DNA of 53,083 bases from Alphaproteobacteria bacterium (GTDB lineage: Bacteria > Pseudomonadota > Alphaproteobacteria > Rs-D84). Location: assembly GCA_031549365.1 (NCBI GenBank), contig JAVBPX010000014.1:1-53083 (forward strand). The letters are read 5' to 3'. Each line of letters starts with the position of its first letter. Position 1 is the stretch's first letter. Positions 28,008 through 38,490 of this stretch are shown here, one piece after another. Below the pieces are notes generated by a model. The model saw nothing but the letters and a program-made list of their open reading frames with translations, did not search any database and was not told where the DNA came from. The position numbers and the translations under genes are program-made.

Positions 28008-30404
28008 ATGAAATTCACACTATCTTGGTTACGCGACTATATCGAAACAAAATCAACTGCCACAGAAATCGCGGACAAATTAACATTAATCGGACTCGAG
28101 GTGGACGAAATAATCGACTCATCATCTGAACTCCGTCCCTTTGTCGCGGGTAAAATTTTAACATGTGACCAACATCCAAATGCTGACCGTCTGCACTTGC
28201 TTACAGTTGATTGCGGCGACGAAATTGTAAACGTTGTTTGTGGCGCACCAAACGCACGCACGGGCATGGTTGGCGTACTTGCAAAACCGGGTGTTATAAT
28301 CCCATCCACCGGGACAAAATTAACCGCCGGCATGGTACGCGGCATTGAATCAAACGGAATGATGTGTTCGGCCGCCGAATTAAAAATATCGGATGATCAT
28401 TCTGGAATTATTGAATTGGATTCAAATACAAAACCAGGAACATCCTTGGCCGATATAATTAAATCTGAAATTGTATTCGTGGCCGGAATCACACCAAACC
28501 GCCCGGACTATTTATCTGTCCGCGGAATCGCCCACGATTTAATTGCATCCGGACTCGGCACATCCTCCAAAAACAATTGTCATTGCGATGCTACAAAGTC
28601 ACCACAGCAATCTCAACAATCAACGCCATTAACTGTTAAAATAATGGACACAACCGGCTGTCCAATCTATCGCGCGGGATTAATAAAAAATACAAGTCAT
28701 GCGGAATCCAATGACACCATCAAACAACGCCTACGCGCAATCGGCATTAATCCAAAATCTGCATTAATCGACGCAACAAACTATATTTGTTACGACATGG
28801 CGCAACCGATGCACGTGTTTGACGCTGATAAAATCGTTGGCGGTATCACAGTACGTCGGGCAATTTCTGGCGAACAAATGTTGGCTTTAAATAACGAAAC
28901 TTATACATTAACCGAAAACGATCTGGTAATCACAGACGATGAAAAAATCCTGGCAATCGCAGGCGTCATGGGCGGCACGGAATCAGCTGCAACATCGGAT
29001 ACAAAAAACATAGTATTGGAATCCGCATATTTCGATCCAGTATCTGTCCGAAAAACTTCGCGTCGATTGGGCCTGTCTTCTGATTCGTCATATCGTTATG
29101 AACGCGGAATTGATCCAACATCAACAGAATCTGCATTGGCCTTCGCAACAAAAATTATCACTGAACGTTGTGGCGGCGAAATATATGAACCAATCACTGC
29201 TGGCAAAATTCCAACCTGGGAAAAACATATAAAATATGATCCAAAATTATTCAAACAAAAAATAGGAATTGATTTATCGGATAACGAACAAAAATCAATC
29301 TTTGAAAAATTGGGATTTATTGTTGATACAAAAAAAACACCATGGACCGTAACGCCATCCGCGGCCCGCGTTGATATTGAATTAAACGTTGATTTGGTCG
29401 AAGAATTAATTCGCATTTACGGTTATGACCATTTGTCTGGAACAAATGTACGACCCGAACCAATGTCAATATCCCGCGACGAATTAATGTCAAAAAATTT
29501 TAAAATAAAACGTCAAATGGCATCCATGGGATTAATGGAAACTTTATCATTTTCGTTCACCGATGCAAAACTCGAAAAGCTGTTTGTTAATAACGATCCA
29601 ATCTTGCTTTCAAACCCAATAACATCTGAATTGGACGCTTTGCGACAAACATTGCTGACCAACATTTTGGATTCAGTAAAATGGAATCAACAAATGGGCA
29701 ATACTTCGCTAAAATTATTTGAATACGGACCTGTATTTTACGGCAATAAACCATTCGAACAAAACGACCAATTAACAATCGTCCGCACAGGATTAACCGA
29801 ACCAAAACATTGGTCCGGGCACTCTCGTAATGTTGATGTATTTGATGTTAAATCGGATATTATGCAAACTTTGTCTGCATTTGGAATTAATGCAGAAACA
29901 ATGCCTATATCAACAGATAACGCACCAATTTGGGCCCACCCATTCCGCTTTGGACATATTATGATTGGCAAACAAACATTGGCCACGTTCGGAGAATTAC
30001 ACCCAACACTGCTGAAAAAATTGAAATTGCGTGGACCTGTTGTAATTGCGCAATTATTCATGGGAAATGTCCCATCGCGTAAAAAATCAGGATCAAAACG
30101 TCCATTATTAACACTTCCTGACTTACAACCAATCACACGTGATTTTGCATTTATATTGGATGAATCCGTATTGGCATCTGATTTGATAAAAACAGTCGCC
30201 AAAGCCGATACAAAAATCACAAACGTATCGATCTTTGATTTGTATGTTGGAAATGAAATTGGTAAAAATAAAAAATCAATCGCATTAACAATTACAATCC
30301 AACCAACGGATAAAACTCTGACCGACGATGATTTGAACGCAATCCAAACAAACGTAATTAATATGGTTGCCAAAAATCATGGCGGAGAAATCCGAGATTC
30401 GTAA
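28008..30404 (+). CDS. pheT: Phenylalanyl-tRNA synthetase beta subunit
   Basis: MKFTLSWL, HPNADRL, VCGAPN, TPNRPD, RYERGID, DLVEELIRIYG, FGELHP, RDFAF. Confidence 0.97.
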   Translation: MKFTLSWLRDYIETKSTATEIADKLTLIGLEVDEIIDSSSELRPFVAGKILTCDQHPNADRLHLLTVDCGDEIVNVVCGAPNARTGMVGVLAKPGVIIPSTGTKLTAGMVRGIESNGMMCSAAELKISDDHSGIIELDSNTKPGTSLADIIKSEIVFVAGITPNRPDYLSVRGIAHDLIASGLGTSSKNNCHCDATKSPQQSQQSTPLTVKIMDTTGCPIYRAGLIKNTSHAESNDTIKQRLRAIGINPKSALIDATNYICYDMAQPMHVFDADKIVGGITVRRAISGEQMLALNNETYTLTENDLVITDDEKILAIAGVMGGTESAATSDTKNIVLESAYFDPVSVRKTSRRLGLSSDSSYRYERGIDPTSTESALAFATKIITERCGGEIYEPITAGKIPTWEKHIKYDPKLFKQKIGIDLSDNEQKSIFEKLGFIVDTKKTPWTVTPSAARVDIELNVDLVEELIRIYGYDHLSGTNVRPEPMSISRDELMSKNFKIKRQMASMGLMETLSFSFTDAKLEKLFVNNDPILLSNPITSELDALRQTLLTNILDSVKWNQQMGNTSLKLFEYGPVFYGNKPFEQNDQLTIVRTGLTEPKHWSGHSRNVDVFDVKSDIMQTLSAFGINAETMPISTDNAPIWAHPFRFGHIMIGKQTLATFGELHPTLLKKLKLRGPVVIAQLFMGNVPSRKKSGSKRPLLTLPDLQPITRDFAFILDESVLASDLIKTVAKADTKITNVSIFDLYVGNEIGKNKKSIALTITIQPTDKTLTDDDLNAIQTNVINMVAKNHGGEIRDS
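28578..28614 (+). repeat. Degenerate TGTCATTGCGA..GCAATCT palindromic element inside pheT
   Basis: tgtcattgcgatgctacaaagtcaccacagcaatctc resembles intergenic copies at ~10412, ~20843 and ~52914. Confidence 0.65.
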
Positions 30405-30464
30405 AATTATTTATGCCATCCCTATGAAAACAGCAATGGCATAATAAACACGAATAATAAAAAC

Positions 30465-30496
30465 AAAAAAACCCCCGATTACTCCGGGGATTTTTT
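30465..30496. terminator. Bidirectional terminator between convergent genes
   Basis: aaaaaaacccccg / cggggatttttt. Confidence 0.65.
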
Positions 30497-30506
30497 ATAA
30501 ACTATT

Positions 30507-31007
30507 TTATCTACCAAATCGGTTCCTGTCCAAATTCAACTTGGTCGTCATAACATGATGATTTTTAATCTGCCTTTCTTTCGTAATCACCATAGAACCA
30601 AAATTTTTATTCTGAATTTTTAACTGATGCGAAATCTTTGCCAATATTTGGGATAATAAACCAACATCTCCAACAGACTTTGGGAAATATTTTTTACCTT
30701 CAATTTCCAATAAAATTTTCCATCCCGCCGCCAACTCACCTTTTTCCGAATCCATCAATCTGTTATAAAACACAGACAAATCAAAATAAACTTTTTTCAA
30801 TGACATATGAAAATTGTATAAATCAGTCAAATCAGATTCAAACAACGCCTCCAATTCACCCTTTTTAATTTTTTTTAAAACACTTGGCGACGACGAAGTA
30901 ATTTCTTTACACTCGACTAATTTTTGATAAAACTTTTCCAAATCAAATTTTAAATCTTCTGCAATTTTATTAAAGTTTTCTTTGTTTAACACAGTTTGCA
31001 CAGCCAT
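30507..31007 (-). CDS. Hypothetical helical protein
   Basis: GAGG RBS; open 166 codons; Arg-rich C-terminus. Confidence 0.7.
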   Translation of the reverse strand: MAVQTVLNKENFNKIAEDLKFDLEKFYQKLVECKEITSSSPSVLKKIKKGELEALFESDLTDLYNFHMSLKKVYFDLSVFYNRLMDSEKGELAAGWKILLEIEGKKYFPKSVGDVGLLSQILAKISHQLKIQNKNFGSMVITKERQIKNHHVMTTKLNLDRNRFGR

Positions 31008-31072
31008 AATACAACCTCTTATCTTGGGTTACAACTGCCTATACGAACAATATACACCAATATTTCCCAAAA

Positions 31073-31921
31073 TCAAGCATCATTGTCAACCCAGCTCTTC
31101 AACCAAGAATCCAAAGCCTGCATATCACTCCATAAAACTTTTTTATCCCCAGGATTCATCAATAAATAAGCCGGATGAAAAATCGGCATAACTTGACACT
31201 TATGCCCCGAAATTTCGACTTCGGATAAAACCCCATGTCCCTTGGATAATGTTGTTTTTGTTCCCAAAACATTACTCATCGCAACTTGCCCCAATGTAAT
31301 AATTATTTTTGGTCTTAATAAATCAACCGTTTTTTCAAAAAATGGCCGTAACATTGATAATTCTGCATCATTCGGGCTGCGGTTACCCGCGGGTCTCCAA
31401 AACACCAATGGATAAATCGCAACATCACAATGGCGGGACATCCCAACAGATTGCAAAATTTTATCAAATAATTCCCCTGCCTCACCCGATAAAATTTGCC
31501 CATTAACATCATCATCTGAACTTGGTGAATCGGTTACAACCATAACAGAAACAGATTCCGGGCAACTTGGGACAACGGTATTAATAGCCATACATTTCAA
31601 CGGACAATCTGAAAAATTTTTAATCTGGCTGAACAATCCAGCAATTGAATCTATCCCATCCACACATTTTTTGGCACGTTCCGCCACATCAATCGGATCC
31701 GTCGGGGCCTTTGGCTGAACTAAATTTGGCCGAATTGGCGCTGAATTTTGGATCATATTATTCCCGGATTCTCGGGTCTTTTCGACACTATCCTCATGAA
31801 CGCCCCTGACACGTTTTCCAAATTCGTGAATTGTTACACATTCGGATACCTCGTCAATAACTCCGGCTTGATCCAAATCGAATATAATCCTACCAATAAA
31901 ATCCTTATATTTATCTTGCAA
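31073..31921 (-). CDS. Uracil-DNA glycosylase, family 4 type
   Basis: CPLK, GEAGELFDKIL, WRPAGNRSP, IITLG, IFHPAYLL. Start uncertain (TTG at 31921 with AAGG, or ATG at 31966). Confidence 0.85.
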   Translation of the reverse strand: MQDKYKDFIGRIIFDLDQAGVIDEVSECVTIHEFGKRVRGVHEDSVEKTRESGNNMIQNSAPIRPNLVQPKAPTDPIDVAERAKKCVDGIDSIAGLFSQIKNFSDCPLKCMAINTVVPSCPESVSVMVVTDSPSSDDDVNGQILSGEAGELFDKILQSVGMSRHCDVAIYPLVFWRPAGNRSPNDAELSMLRPFFEKTVDLLRPKIIITLGQVAMSNVLGTKTTLSKGHGVLSEVEISGHKCQVMPIFHPAYLLMNPGDKKVLWSDMQALDSWLKSWVDNDA

Positions 31922-31995
31922 ATCGACCCTTTTTGATATATAATGTTTCCGAACACTGTAAACCATTTGACCACAATTAATCAAGGGAGTAATTA

Positions 31996-32412
31996 ATGAA
32001 AGTGTTAAAATTCGCAGCTCTCGCTTCTGTCGGCCTGTTGGCTGCTTGCGGCGGATCTTCAATCGTTGAACCAGCTGATCTGAACGGCCAAAAAGTATTC
32101 TTTGCATTTGATTCATCTGAAATCACATCGGAATCCCGTGACAATTTGTTGGGCCAATCATTGTACATGAAAAATCATCCAGACGTCAAAGCAACAATCG
32201 AAGGTCGCTGTGACGAACGCGGATCATCTGAATACAACTTGGCCTTGGGCGCACGTCGTGCAGCCGCAGCCAAAGCTGTAATTGTCAAAGACGGTGTTGA
32301 CGCATCTCGCTTAAAAACAGTATCTTACGGCAAAGAAAAGCCAGAAGTATTGGGTTCAGGCGAATCTGTATGGTCACAAAACCGTAACGCAAAAACAGTT
32401 GTTGCAAAATAA
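31996..32412 (+). CDS. pal: Peptidoglycan-associated lipoprotein
   Basis: Lipobox LAAC, VFFAFD, EGRCDERGSSEYNLALGARRA, VSYGKEKP. Confidence 0.94.
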   Translation: MKVLKFAALASVGLLAACGGSSIVEPADLNGQKVFFAFDSSEITSESRDNLLGQSLYMKNHPDVKATIEGRCDERGSSEYNLALGARRAAAAKAVIVKDGVDASRLKTVSYGKEKPEVLGSGESVWSQNRNAKTVVAK

Positions 32413-32433
32413 TTTTGCATAAACATTTGCTAT

Positions 32434-32464
32434 AAAATAGCCGGGCTCTGCCCGGTTATTTTTT
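32434..32464 (+). terminator. Intrinsic terminator after pal
   Basis: aaaatagccgggc / gcccggttatttt. Confidence 0.8.
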
Positions 32465-32566
32465 ATTTATCCAAATAAAAAACTCTGCCCCGGCGGGGTT
32501 TTTTAATGACTATTCTCAAATGGCAATTAAAATAAATATCCTTTCTAGGCAATAAAATCTCAATTT

Positions 32567-32640
32567 TTGGTCATCCTGAGCGTAGCCGAGAGGATCCAGT
32601 AAAACAAACGTTGCGACAGCAACTTTTCATTTGTCATTCA
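32567..32640. repeat. GTCATC-type palindromic repeat module
   Basis: ggtcatcctgagcgtagccgagaggatccagtaaaacaaacgttgcgacagcaac matches 9-60 and 459-530. Confidence 0.8.
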
Positions 32641-32717
32641 AACATAATAAAATCCATTGACAAACACTTTATAGGATATATGATATTTACCAAAGTCCTA
32701 TAAATAAACGAATTAAA

Positions 32718-33188
32718 ATGCTAAACAACCATTATAAATTCACCGACGAATTAATCATACAAGCAAAAAAAATAGATATTCCAAAAACCTATTACAACGG
32801 ACAATCGTATTCTTTATCTGAAATCACAAACAAATTTCGCACAGCATTTACAGAGCCTGAAATCCGTAAAATTTTCTTATCTTTTTGCCCCCAGGGCCAA
32901 ATATGGAATTTTGCTTCTCTCGGCTTTTGCAAAGATACGTCCTTTGCATTACAAATATTATTTCCAAAATTGTCTATATATCACACAGCCGACAATTGTC
33001 ACTTTTGGAATATATATAAAAGCAAAATATTTGATATAACCGCAGATCAATTTCAAAAGATAGAAGCACTAAAATATTATGAACATGGCAAAGAACTAAA
33101 AAATATTAATTTAAATAAATTGAACAACGAACAAATAAAAAGATCTCATTTATTTATCAAGCTAGCTCTAAATTCTAATGAAATCTAA
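32718..33188 (+). CDS. Hypothetical protein with a papain/transglutaminase-like Cys-His-Asp pattern
   Basis: GFCKDTS..HFWN..IFDITADQF. Confidence 0.6.
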   Translation: MLNNHYKFTDELIIQAKKIDIPKTYYNGQSYSLSEITNKFRTAFTEPEIRKIFLSFCPQGQIWNFASLGFCKDTSFALQILFPKLSIYHTADNCHFWNIYKSKIFDITADQFQKIEALKYYEHGKELKNINLNKLNNEQIKRSHLFIKLALNSNEI

Positions 33189-33215
33189 ATTTATTTGCAA
33201 GATTCTCAGAATATT

Positions 33216-34292
33216 TTAAAACCTAAATCTCAACCCACCACTAACAAACGCCGCATTATCATACATCATTCCAGCGCCAAAAACGTCGCCAACAGACATC
33301 CATAAATCCCAATATTTATCATATTTGTACCGAATCGATACCAATGCTGTATTTAAAATCGGATCTTGGATGCTTCCATCAAACAAACTGGTGTCCGTAT
33401 AAAAATACGAACCGCTAAATGACCAGTTTAAAATATCATAACTCAAACCCGCACCCAAAACCAAACCATCCGTATTTAACCCAATCGGGTTTAAATCATA
33501 AACAATTTTGCCTGAAAATCCCAACACATAACTTTTCCATTGAACATTAACCCCGGCATTGTATTCCGTCCGACTATCCGCAGTAACGTTCAATGAATAA
33601 TCATCACTTGCCACCTCAATTGGATTATTTATATACGTAACACCTGCGGACCAAACATACTTTGTTGCTCCATAATTATGCCTATATTTAATCCCTAAAT
33701 CAGCCACATAATCAAAAGTATTTTTTTCACTACCAGACCTATATTCATTAACTTCCCCCGGGGCAAACGAAACTCCAACCTGAAAATTTTTGGGTGGCGA
33801 CACCAATATCCCACGAACAGCAGTGGACGCCGTAACAGGCGCAGTGGTCGTCATAGTCGACATGCCATCCGGCAATAAATTTTTATATACCATAGATTCC
33901 TGGTTAATTCTTAATGCCCCAACATCTGGAACACCCAGCCATAATTTCTTCGCAATGGATGAAGTCAACCCAACCTCTGCCCTAAACCATGGGGCTTGGA
34001 CAAAGCCCGAAACATCTGAAAAATAATTATTTGTTCCCTTGTTTAACTCTTTGCCGCCAATAATGGCCCCAACTTTCCAATCGGAATTAATATCGTATTC
34101 AGCACGCCCAGCAATCTGCCAATCATAAATAAAATCCGTTTGCCGATCATAATTCAAAACATCCATCCCGCCAACCATGCCATAACCGGATAAATTAAAC
34201 TTTAATTTATCGCTGTATTGATAATCAAACGCATCGGCAGCCCCAATAAATCCGCCCACAAAAATCAAACCACAAATTAACTTTTTTTTCAT
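33216..34292 (-). CDS. Outer membrane porin
   Basis: Signal peptide (..AADA), beta-strand periodicity, terminal GLRFRF. Confidence 0.8.
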   Translation of the reverse strand: MKKKLICGLIFVGGFIGAADAFDYQYSDKLKFNLSGYGMVGGMDVLNYDRQTDFIYDWQIAGRAEYDINSDWKVGAIIGGKELNKGTNNYFSDVSGFVQAPWFRAEVGLTSSIAKKLWLGVPDVGALRINQESMVYKNLLPDGMSTMTTTAPVTASTAVRGILVSPPKNFQVGVSFAPGEVNEYRSGSEKNTFDYVADLGIKYRHNYGATKYVWSAGVTYINNPIEVASDDYSLNVTADSRTEYNAGVNVQWKSYVLGFSGKIVYDLNPIGLNTDGLVLGAGLSYDILNWSFSGSYFYTDTSLFDGSIQDPILNTALVSIRYKYDKYWDLWMSVGDVFGAGMMYDNAAFVSGGLRFRF

Positions 34293-34334
34293 AATTTTTC
34301 TTGCCTTTATCAACCTCTATTTTATACTAAACGT

Positions 34335-34886
34335 ATGACAAATACAACCCATGAATTTAAAAATCTGCTTTTAATGTCCTGCTGTGCACCTTGCTCGGTC
34401 GGGATTATTTCTGCATTGCATCGCGACAATAAAAATTTCACAGTAATGTTTTACAACCCAAATATCTGGCCAAACGACGAATACCAAAAACGCTTGATTG
34501 AAAATAAAAACTTGTGCACAAAATTAAATGTTCCATTTATTGATTTGGACTGGGATTTTGACAATTGGAATGCACAAATGATTGGCCATGAAAACGACTC
34601 TGAACGTGGTCCACGTTGCACAAAATGTTTTAACTATCGCATTGCTCGTGGCATTGAATATGCCAAACAAAATAATTTTGATGCAATTACGACAACATTT
34701 GGCGTGTCCCGACACAAAGATCAAAGCCAAGTGGATCAATGCGCAATCGAACTCTGTCAAAAAAACGAAATAAAATATATCGAATTGGATTGGAAATCAT
34801 TGGAACCACTTCGTTCAAAGTTAAATTACCAACATGATTTTTACCGCCAACGCTATTGCGGCTGTCCTTATTCTGTCAAAAAATAA
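34335..34886 (+). CDS. queH: Epoxyqueuosine reductase QueH
   Basis: CCAPCS, FYNPNI, ERGPRCTKCF, YRQRYCGC. Confidence 0.92.
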   Translation: MTNTTHEFKNLLLMSCCAPCSVGIISALHRDNKNFTVMFYNPNIWPNDEYQKRLIENKNLCTKLNVPFIDLDWDFDNWNAQMIGHENDSERGPRCTKCFNYRIARGIEYAKQNNFDAITTTFGVSRHKDQSQVDQCAIELCQKNEIKYIELDWKSLEPLRSKLNYQHDFYRQRYCGCPYSVKK

Positions 34887-34983
34887 ATATCATCACATAA
34901 CAGGAAACCATCAAAGCAATCATTGCAAATAAAAAATAAAATCCTGTTGCAATCATGTCCCTATTTCTGGTATTCTCATCGCC

Positions 34984-35907
34984 ATGGAAGACATTAAAAA
35001 ACCATCATTTTCAGAAGCCCAAAAACCAGCACCCAAAACCGTAATCTCTATGCAGGATGTCGGCGTACGCTATGGCTCTGGGGACGAAATATTATCGGAC
35101 GTCACATTTCACATCCAGGAACGCTCATTTTACTTTCTAACCGGCACCAGCGGCGCTGGAAAAACAACCCTAATGCGTTTGATCTATCAACTGCATAAAC
35201 CATGCCGTGGCCGCATTCGGCTGTTCGGCAAAAACGCCCATGATTTATCGCGCGACGGCCTGGCGGATATGCGTCGTCGAATTGGAATCGTATTCCAAGA
35301 TTACTGTTTGATTGATTCTCTATCTGTGTTTGATAACATTGCGTTACCGCTTCGAATAATGGGCGAAAGTCCCGATCGAATATCTCGCCTGGTCAAACGC
35401 GTTTTGGCTTGGGTTGGCTTATCCGCTTATGCCCGTGTAAAGCCAATGACATTATCTGGCGGCCAACAACAAAAAATCGCAGTGGCCCGCGCAATTATAA
35501 CACAACCAGATATATTGCTGGCGGACGAACCAACAGGAAATTTGGATGATGAAAATTCAAAAAAATTAATGGAATTATTCTTGGAATTAAACAAATCCGG
35601 GACAACAGTAATTATCGCCACACACAGCCAAAAACTATTGGAAACCTATCAATATCCTCGAATTTATATTGATCAAAAACACGTCACGTTTAAAAAACCA
35701 TTTGGCATGGAATTGGGTGACACAGGAACTTGCGCAACACCCACTGCAAAAATCGAATCACCTGGCCCATTAAACTTGGACGATAAAAAGCCTACCGCAC
35801 CAATCGACATGAAAGATTATTTTTCTGAATTATATAATAACTTACAAAAACAATATGACTCATTCCAGAGCATGGTTAAACCCCTAAACCCGGACAACAA
35901 AGAATGA
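34984..35907 (+). CDS. ftsE: Cell division ATP-binding protein FtsE, with C-terminal extension
   Basis: GTSGAGKT, RRRIGIVFQD, LSGGQQQ, LLADEPTGNLD; coupled to ftsX. Confidence 0.9.
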   Translation: MEDIKKPSFSEAQKPAPKTVISMQDVGVRYGSGDEILSDVTFHIQERSFYFLTGTSGAGKTTLMRLIYQLHKPCRGRIRLFGKNAHDLSRDGLADMRRRIGIVFQDYCLIDSLSVFDNIALPLRIMGESPDRISRLVKRVLAWVGLSAYARVKPMTLSGGQQQKIAVARAIITQPDILLADEPTGNLDDENSKKLMELFLELNKSGTTVIIATHSQKLLETYQYPRIYIDQKHVTFKKPFGMELGDTGTCATPTAKIESPGPLNLDDKKPTAPIDMKDYFSELYNNLQKQYDSFQSMVKPLNPDNKE

Positions 35908-36788
35908 GTATCCACCAACCACCAATATTCTTCCCAGTCCGCGACCAATCATCGTTTTTGTCTGCGATGTCAGCATTGATGGTATTTTTATCAACTCTTT
36001 GTTTGGCAATTGTACTGGCTCTTGGAACCGCAGTAACACAATGGGATCACCAATGGGATTTAAAAGCAACAATCCAAGTTTTACCAACATTTGATAATGA
36101 ATCAAAATTCGACGAAAACCTAAAATCAGTAAACGCGTTAATAAAACAAAATTCCGGCAAAATCGTAAAAACTACAACTTTGTCTAACCAAGAAATGATG
36201 GATCTTTTAAAACCCTGGATTGGCCGCGGCGTTTCAATCGAACAATATTTACCAAAAATGATAGATGTTGAATTTAAACGCACAAATGATTTAAACACTT
36301 TTTCTGAAAAAATTTCAGACATCCAAAATGTTCGTTTTATGACGCACCAAAAATGGCATAAAAACATGACCGTAATCGGGCAGAGGATAATTTTCGTTGC
36401 AATATTACTTTTGATATTCGTATTTATCGCAACGGGTCTTGCTGTTGCATATGCGACAAAAAACAGTTTAATGATTCACCAACGAGAAATTGAAATCCTG
36501 GATATTGTTGGCGCATATGATTCATTCATAGCAAACCAATTTTCACGAATTGTCTTGTGGCTGGTCGCAATTGGCGCAGCAATTGGATTTGTAATATCGG
36601 TCCCAGTAATTGGTGGATTGCTTGCAGTAATATCGCAACAAAAAATTGGAATGATGGGCATGATGCGCCTAAATATCTATCACTGGATAACATTAATGTT
36701 TGTCCCTGTTACAGTAACATTATTTTCGGTCTATATAACAAAACGAACCGTGTTGGATACACTCAAAAAAATATCAGTGGTGAAATAA
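35904..36788 (+). CDS. ftsX: Cell division permease FtsX
   Basis: Four TM segments with a large loop, REIEIL..VGA.DSFI; ATGA overlap with ftsE. Confidence 0.87.
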   Translation: MSIHQPPIFFPVRDQSSFLSAMSALMVFLSTLCLAIVLALGTAVTQWDHQWDLKATIQVLPTFDNESKFDENLKSVNALIKQNSGKIVKTTTLSNQEMMDLLKPWIGRGVSIEQYLPKMIDVEFKRTNDLNTFSEKISDIQNVRFMTHQKWHKNMTVIGQRIIFVAILLLIFVFIATGLAVAYATKNSLMIHQREIEILDIVGAYDSFIANQFSRIVLWLVAIGAAIGFVISVPVIGGLLAVISQQKIGMMGMMRLNIYHWITLMFVPVTVTLFSVYITKRTVLDTLKKISVVK

Positions 36789-36789
36789 A

Positions 36790-37326
36790 ATGAAAAACAT
36801 TTTTCTTCGTTCATCCTTGCTTTTTTTACTAGCATTTTTCTTGGGCGGAATATTGTTTTATAAAACGACCCCTGTCTGTACAAAAATTTTGCCAAATGAT
36901 ACCCTGGTTGTATTAACTGGTGATGGTATGCGAATTCCATACGCAGTAAAAATTTTAAAGCGCTATCCAAGAACCTCCATGTTTATATCTGGCGTTGGCG
37001 CTGGCCAATTGGCCGACATTGTTGGCGACACTGCATTATGGGGCCGAATTAAAATAGACCAAAAATCGAAAACCACCTATGAAAACAGCGTTGAAATTTC
37101 CAAATACGTCCTTAAAAAAAACTATAACCGAATTGTACTGATAACATCCGACTATCACATTCGTCGCGCCCGCTTATTATTGGAAAAACAATTGTATAAC
37201 GTTGAAATCGCGGTATGCCCTGTCCCATCATATAAACTTCCAACAAACGTACGCTTACAACGTTGGGGAATGGAATACGTAAAATATTTGGGCACTTCAC
37301 TGGGCTTCACCGCCCGCGGGCAATAG
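36790..37326 (+). CDS. YdcF/DUF218 family protein
   Basis: VVLTG, ISG, TTYENS, LITSDYHIRRA, EYVK. Confidence 0.85.
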   Translation: MKNIFLRSSLLFLLAFFLGGILFYKTTPVCTKILPNDTLVVLTGDGMRIPYAVKILKRYPRTSMFISGVGAGQLADIVGDTALWGRIKIDQKSKTTYENSVEISKYVLKKNYNRIVLITSDYHIRRARLLLEKQLYNVEIAVCPVPSYKLPTNVRLQRWGMEYVKYLGTSLGFTARGQ

Positions 37327-37341
37327 GGGGGATTAAAAAAA

Positions 37342-38013
37342 ATGCTACAACTCATTCGCTCACTAATTTATTCATTTTTCATGTGGACATCTCTGATATT
37401 ATTCGCCCCAATTTTATTACTAGTACTGCCATTTAAAAAATTGTTGCACAAAACATGTGTTTCGTTGATGGGTGTATTACTTTGGGAAATGCACTATATA
37501 TTGGGATTAAAATATAAAATCCACGGAAAAATCCCATCACACGGAATATTTGTATCAAAACACATGTCAACAATGGACGTTGCAATACTGTTTAAACACG
37601 TCCCAAATGGTATATTCATATTGAAACGCGAATTAATGTGGATACCAATCTATGGCTGGGTATTTTCACGCCTTGGTATGCTTCCAGTAAATCGTGCAAA
37701 CGGCAAAACAAACGTAAATAAATTGGCCTTGGATGCAAAAAAACGAATTGATTCTGGATATAATATAATAATATTTCCCGAAGGCACCCGCGTCAAACCA
37801 AACACAGCAAATAAATACCGCCGCGGCATGATGTTCATAGCGGAAGTCACAAAATCAAACATCGTTCCAATCGGATTAAACACAGGATTATACTGGCAAA
37901 AAAACCAATGGATAAAAAAGTCCGGCTTGGTCGATGTCTACTTTGAACCTTCTGTCCCATACAACACCCAATTTGAACAAATCACAGAAACGATTCAAAC
38001 CCACTCCGCCTAA
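37342..38013 (+). CDS. plsC: 1-acyl-sn-glycerol-3-phosphate acyltransferase
   Basis: KHMSTMD (HxxxxD), LKREL, IFPEGTR. Confidence 0.9.
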   Translation: MLQLIRSLIYSFFMWTSLILFAPILLLVLPFKKLLHKTCVSLMGVLLWEMHYILGLKYKIHGKIPSHGIFVSKHMSTMDVAILFKHVPNGIFILKRELMWIPIYGWVFSRLGMLPVNRANGKTNVNKLALDAKKRIDSGYNIIIFPEGTRVKPNTANKYRRGMMFIAEVTKSNIVPIGLNTGLYWQKNQWIKKSGLVDVYFEPSVPYNTQFEQITETIQTHSA

Positions 38014-38111
38014 ACCAGACTATAAACTATTTATCCTCCCTCATCGCTTCTGACGATGTTTGGGATCTCATCAAAAAAATGAGAAAGCGCCATCACGCGC
38101 AGTTATCACAA

Positions 38112-38490
38112 CCCCTAAAAAGTTAATCAAAACAGGAGAGCATAAAGAATTCCCCGAATTTCTAGAACCGCGGTGTATATAAACATACAATTATTCTGAA
38201 CCGCAAAACATTTCAAAATATGAAATAACAAACCGTTTTCATGACCCCTAAAAAGTTAATCAAAACGGGATGAGTATAAAGAATTCCCCGAATTTTTAGG
38301 ACCGCGGTGTATATAAACATATAATTATTCTGAACCGCAAAACATTTCAAAATATGAAATAACAAACCGTTTTCATAGCCCCTAAAAAGTTAATCAAAAC
38401 AGGAGAGCATAAAGAATTCCTCGAATTTTTAGGACCGCGATGTATATAAACATATAATTATTCTGAACCATAAAACATTTCAAAATATGA
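38112..38490. repeat. Tandem repeat, ~133-bp unit x ~2.8
   Basis: cccctaaaaagttaatcaaaac at 38112, 38245 and 38379, with few substitutions between units. Confidence 0.93.

Noticed and set aside
31922-32116. N-terminal extension of the uracil-DNA glycosylase ORF
   Set aside because: It overlaps the well-supported pal gene on the opposite strand.
38112-38490. Possible CRISPR array or peptide-coding repeat
   Set aside because: Contiguous 133-bp units without spacers; only very short ORFs found.
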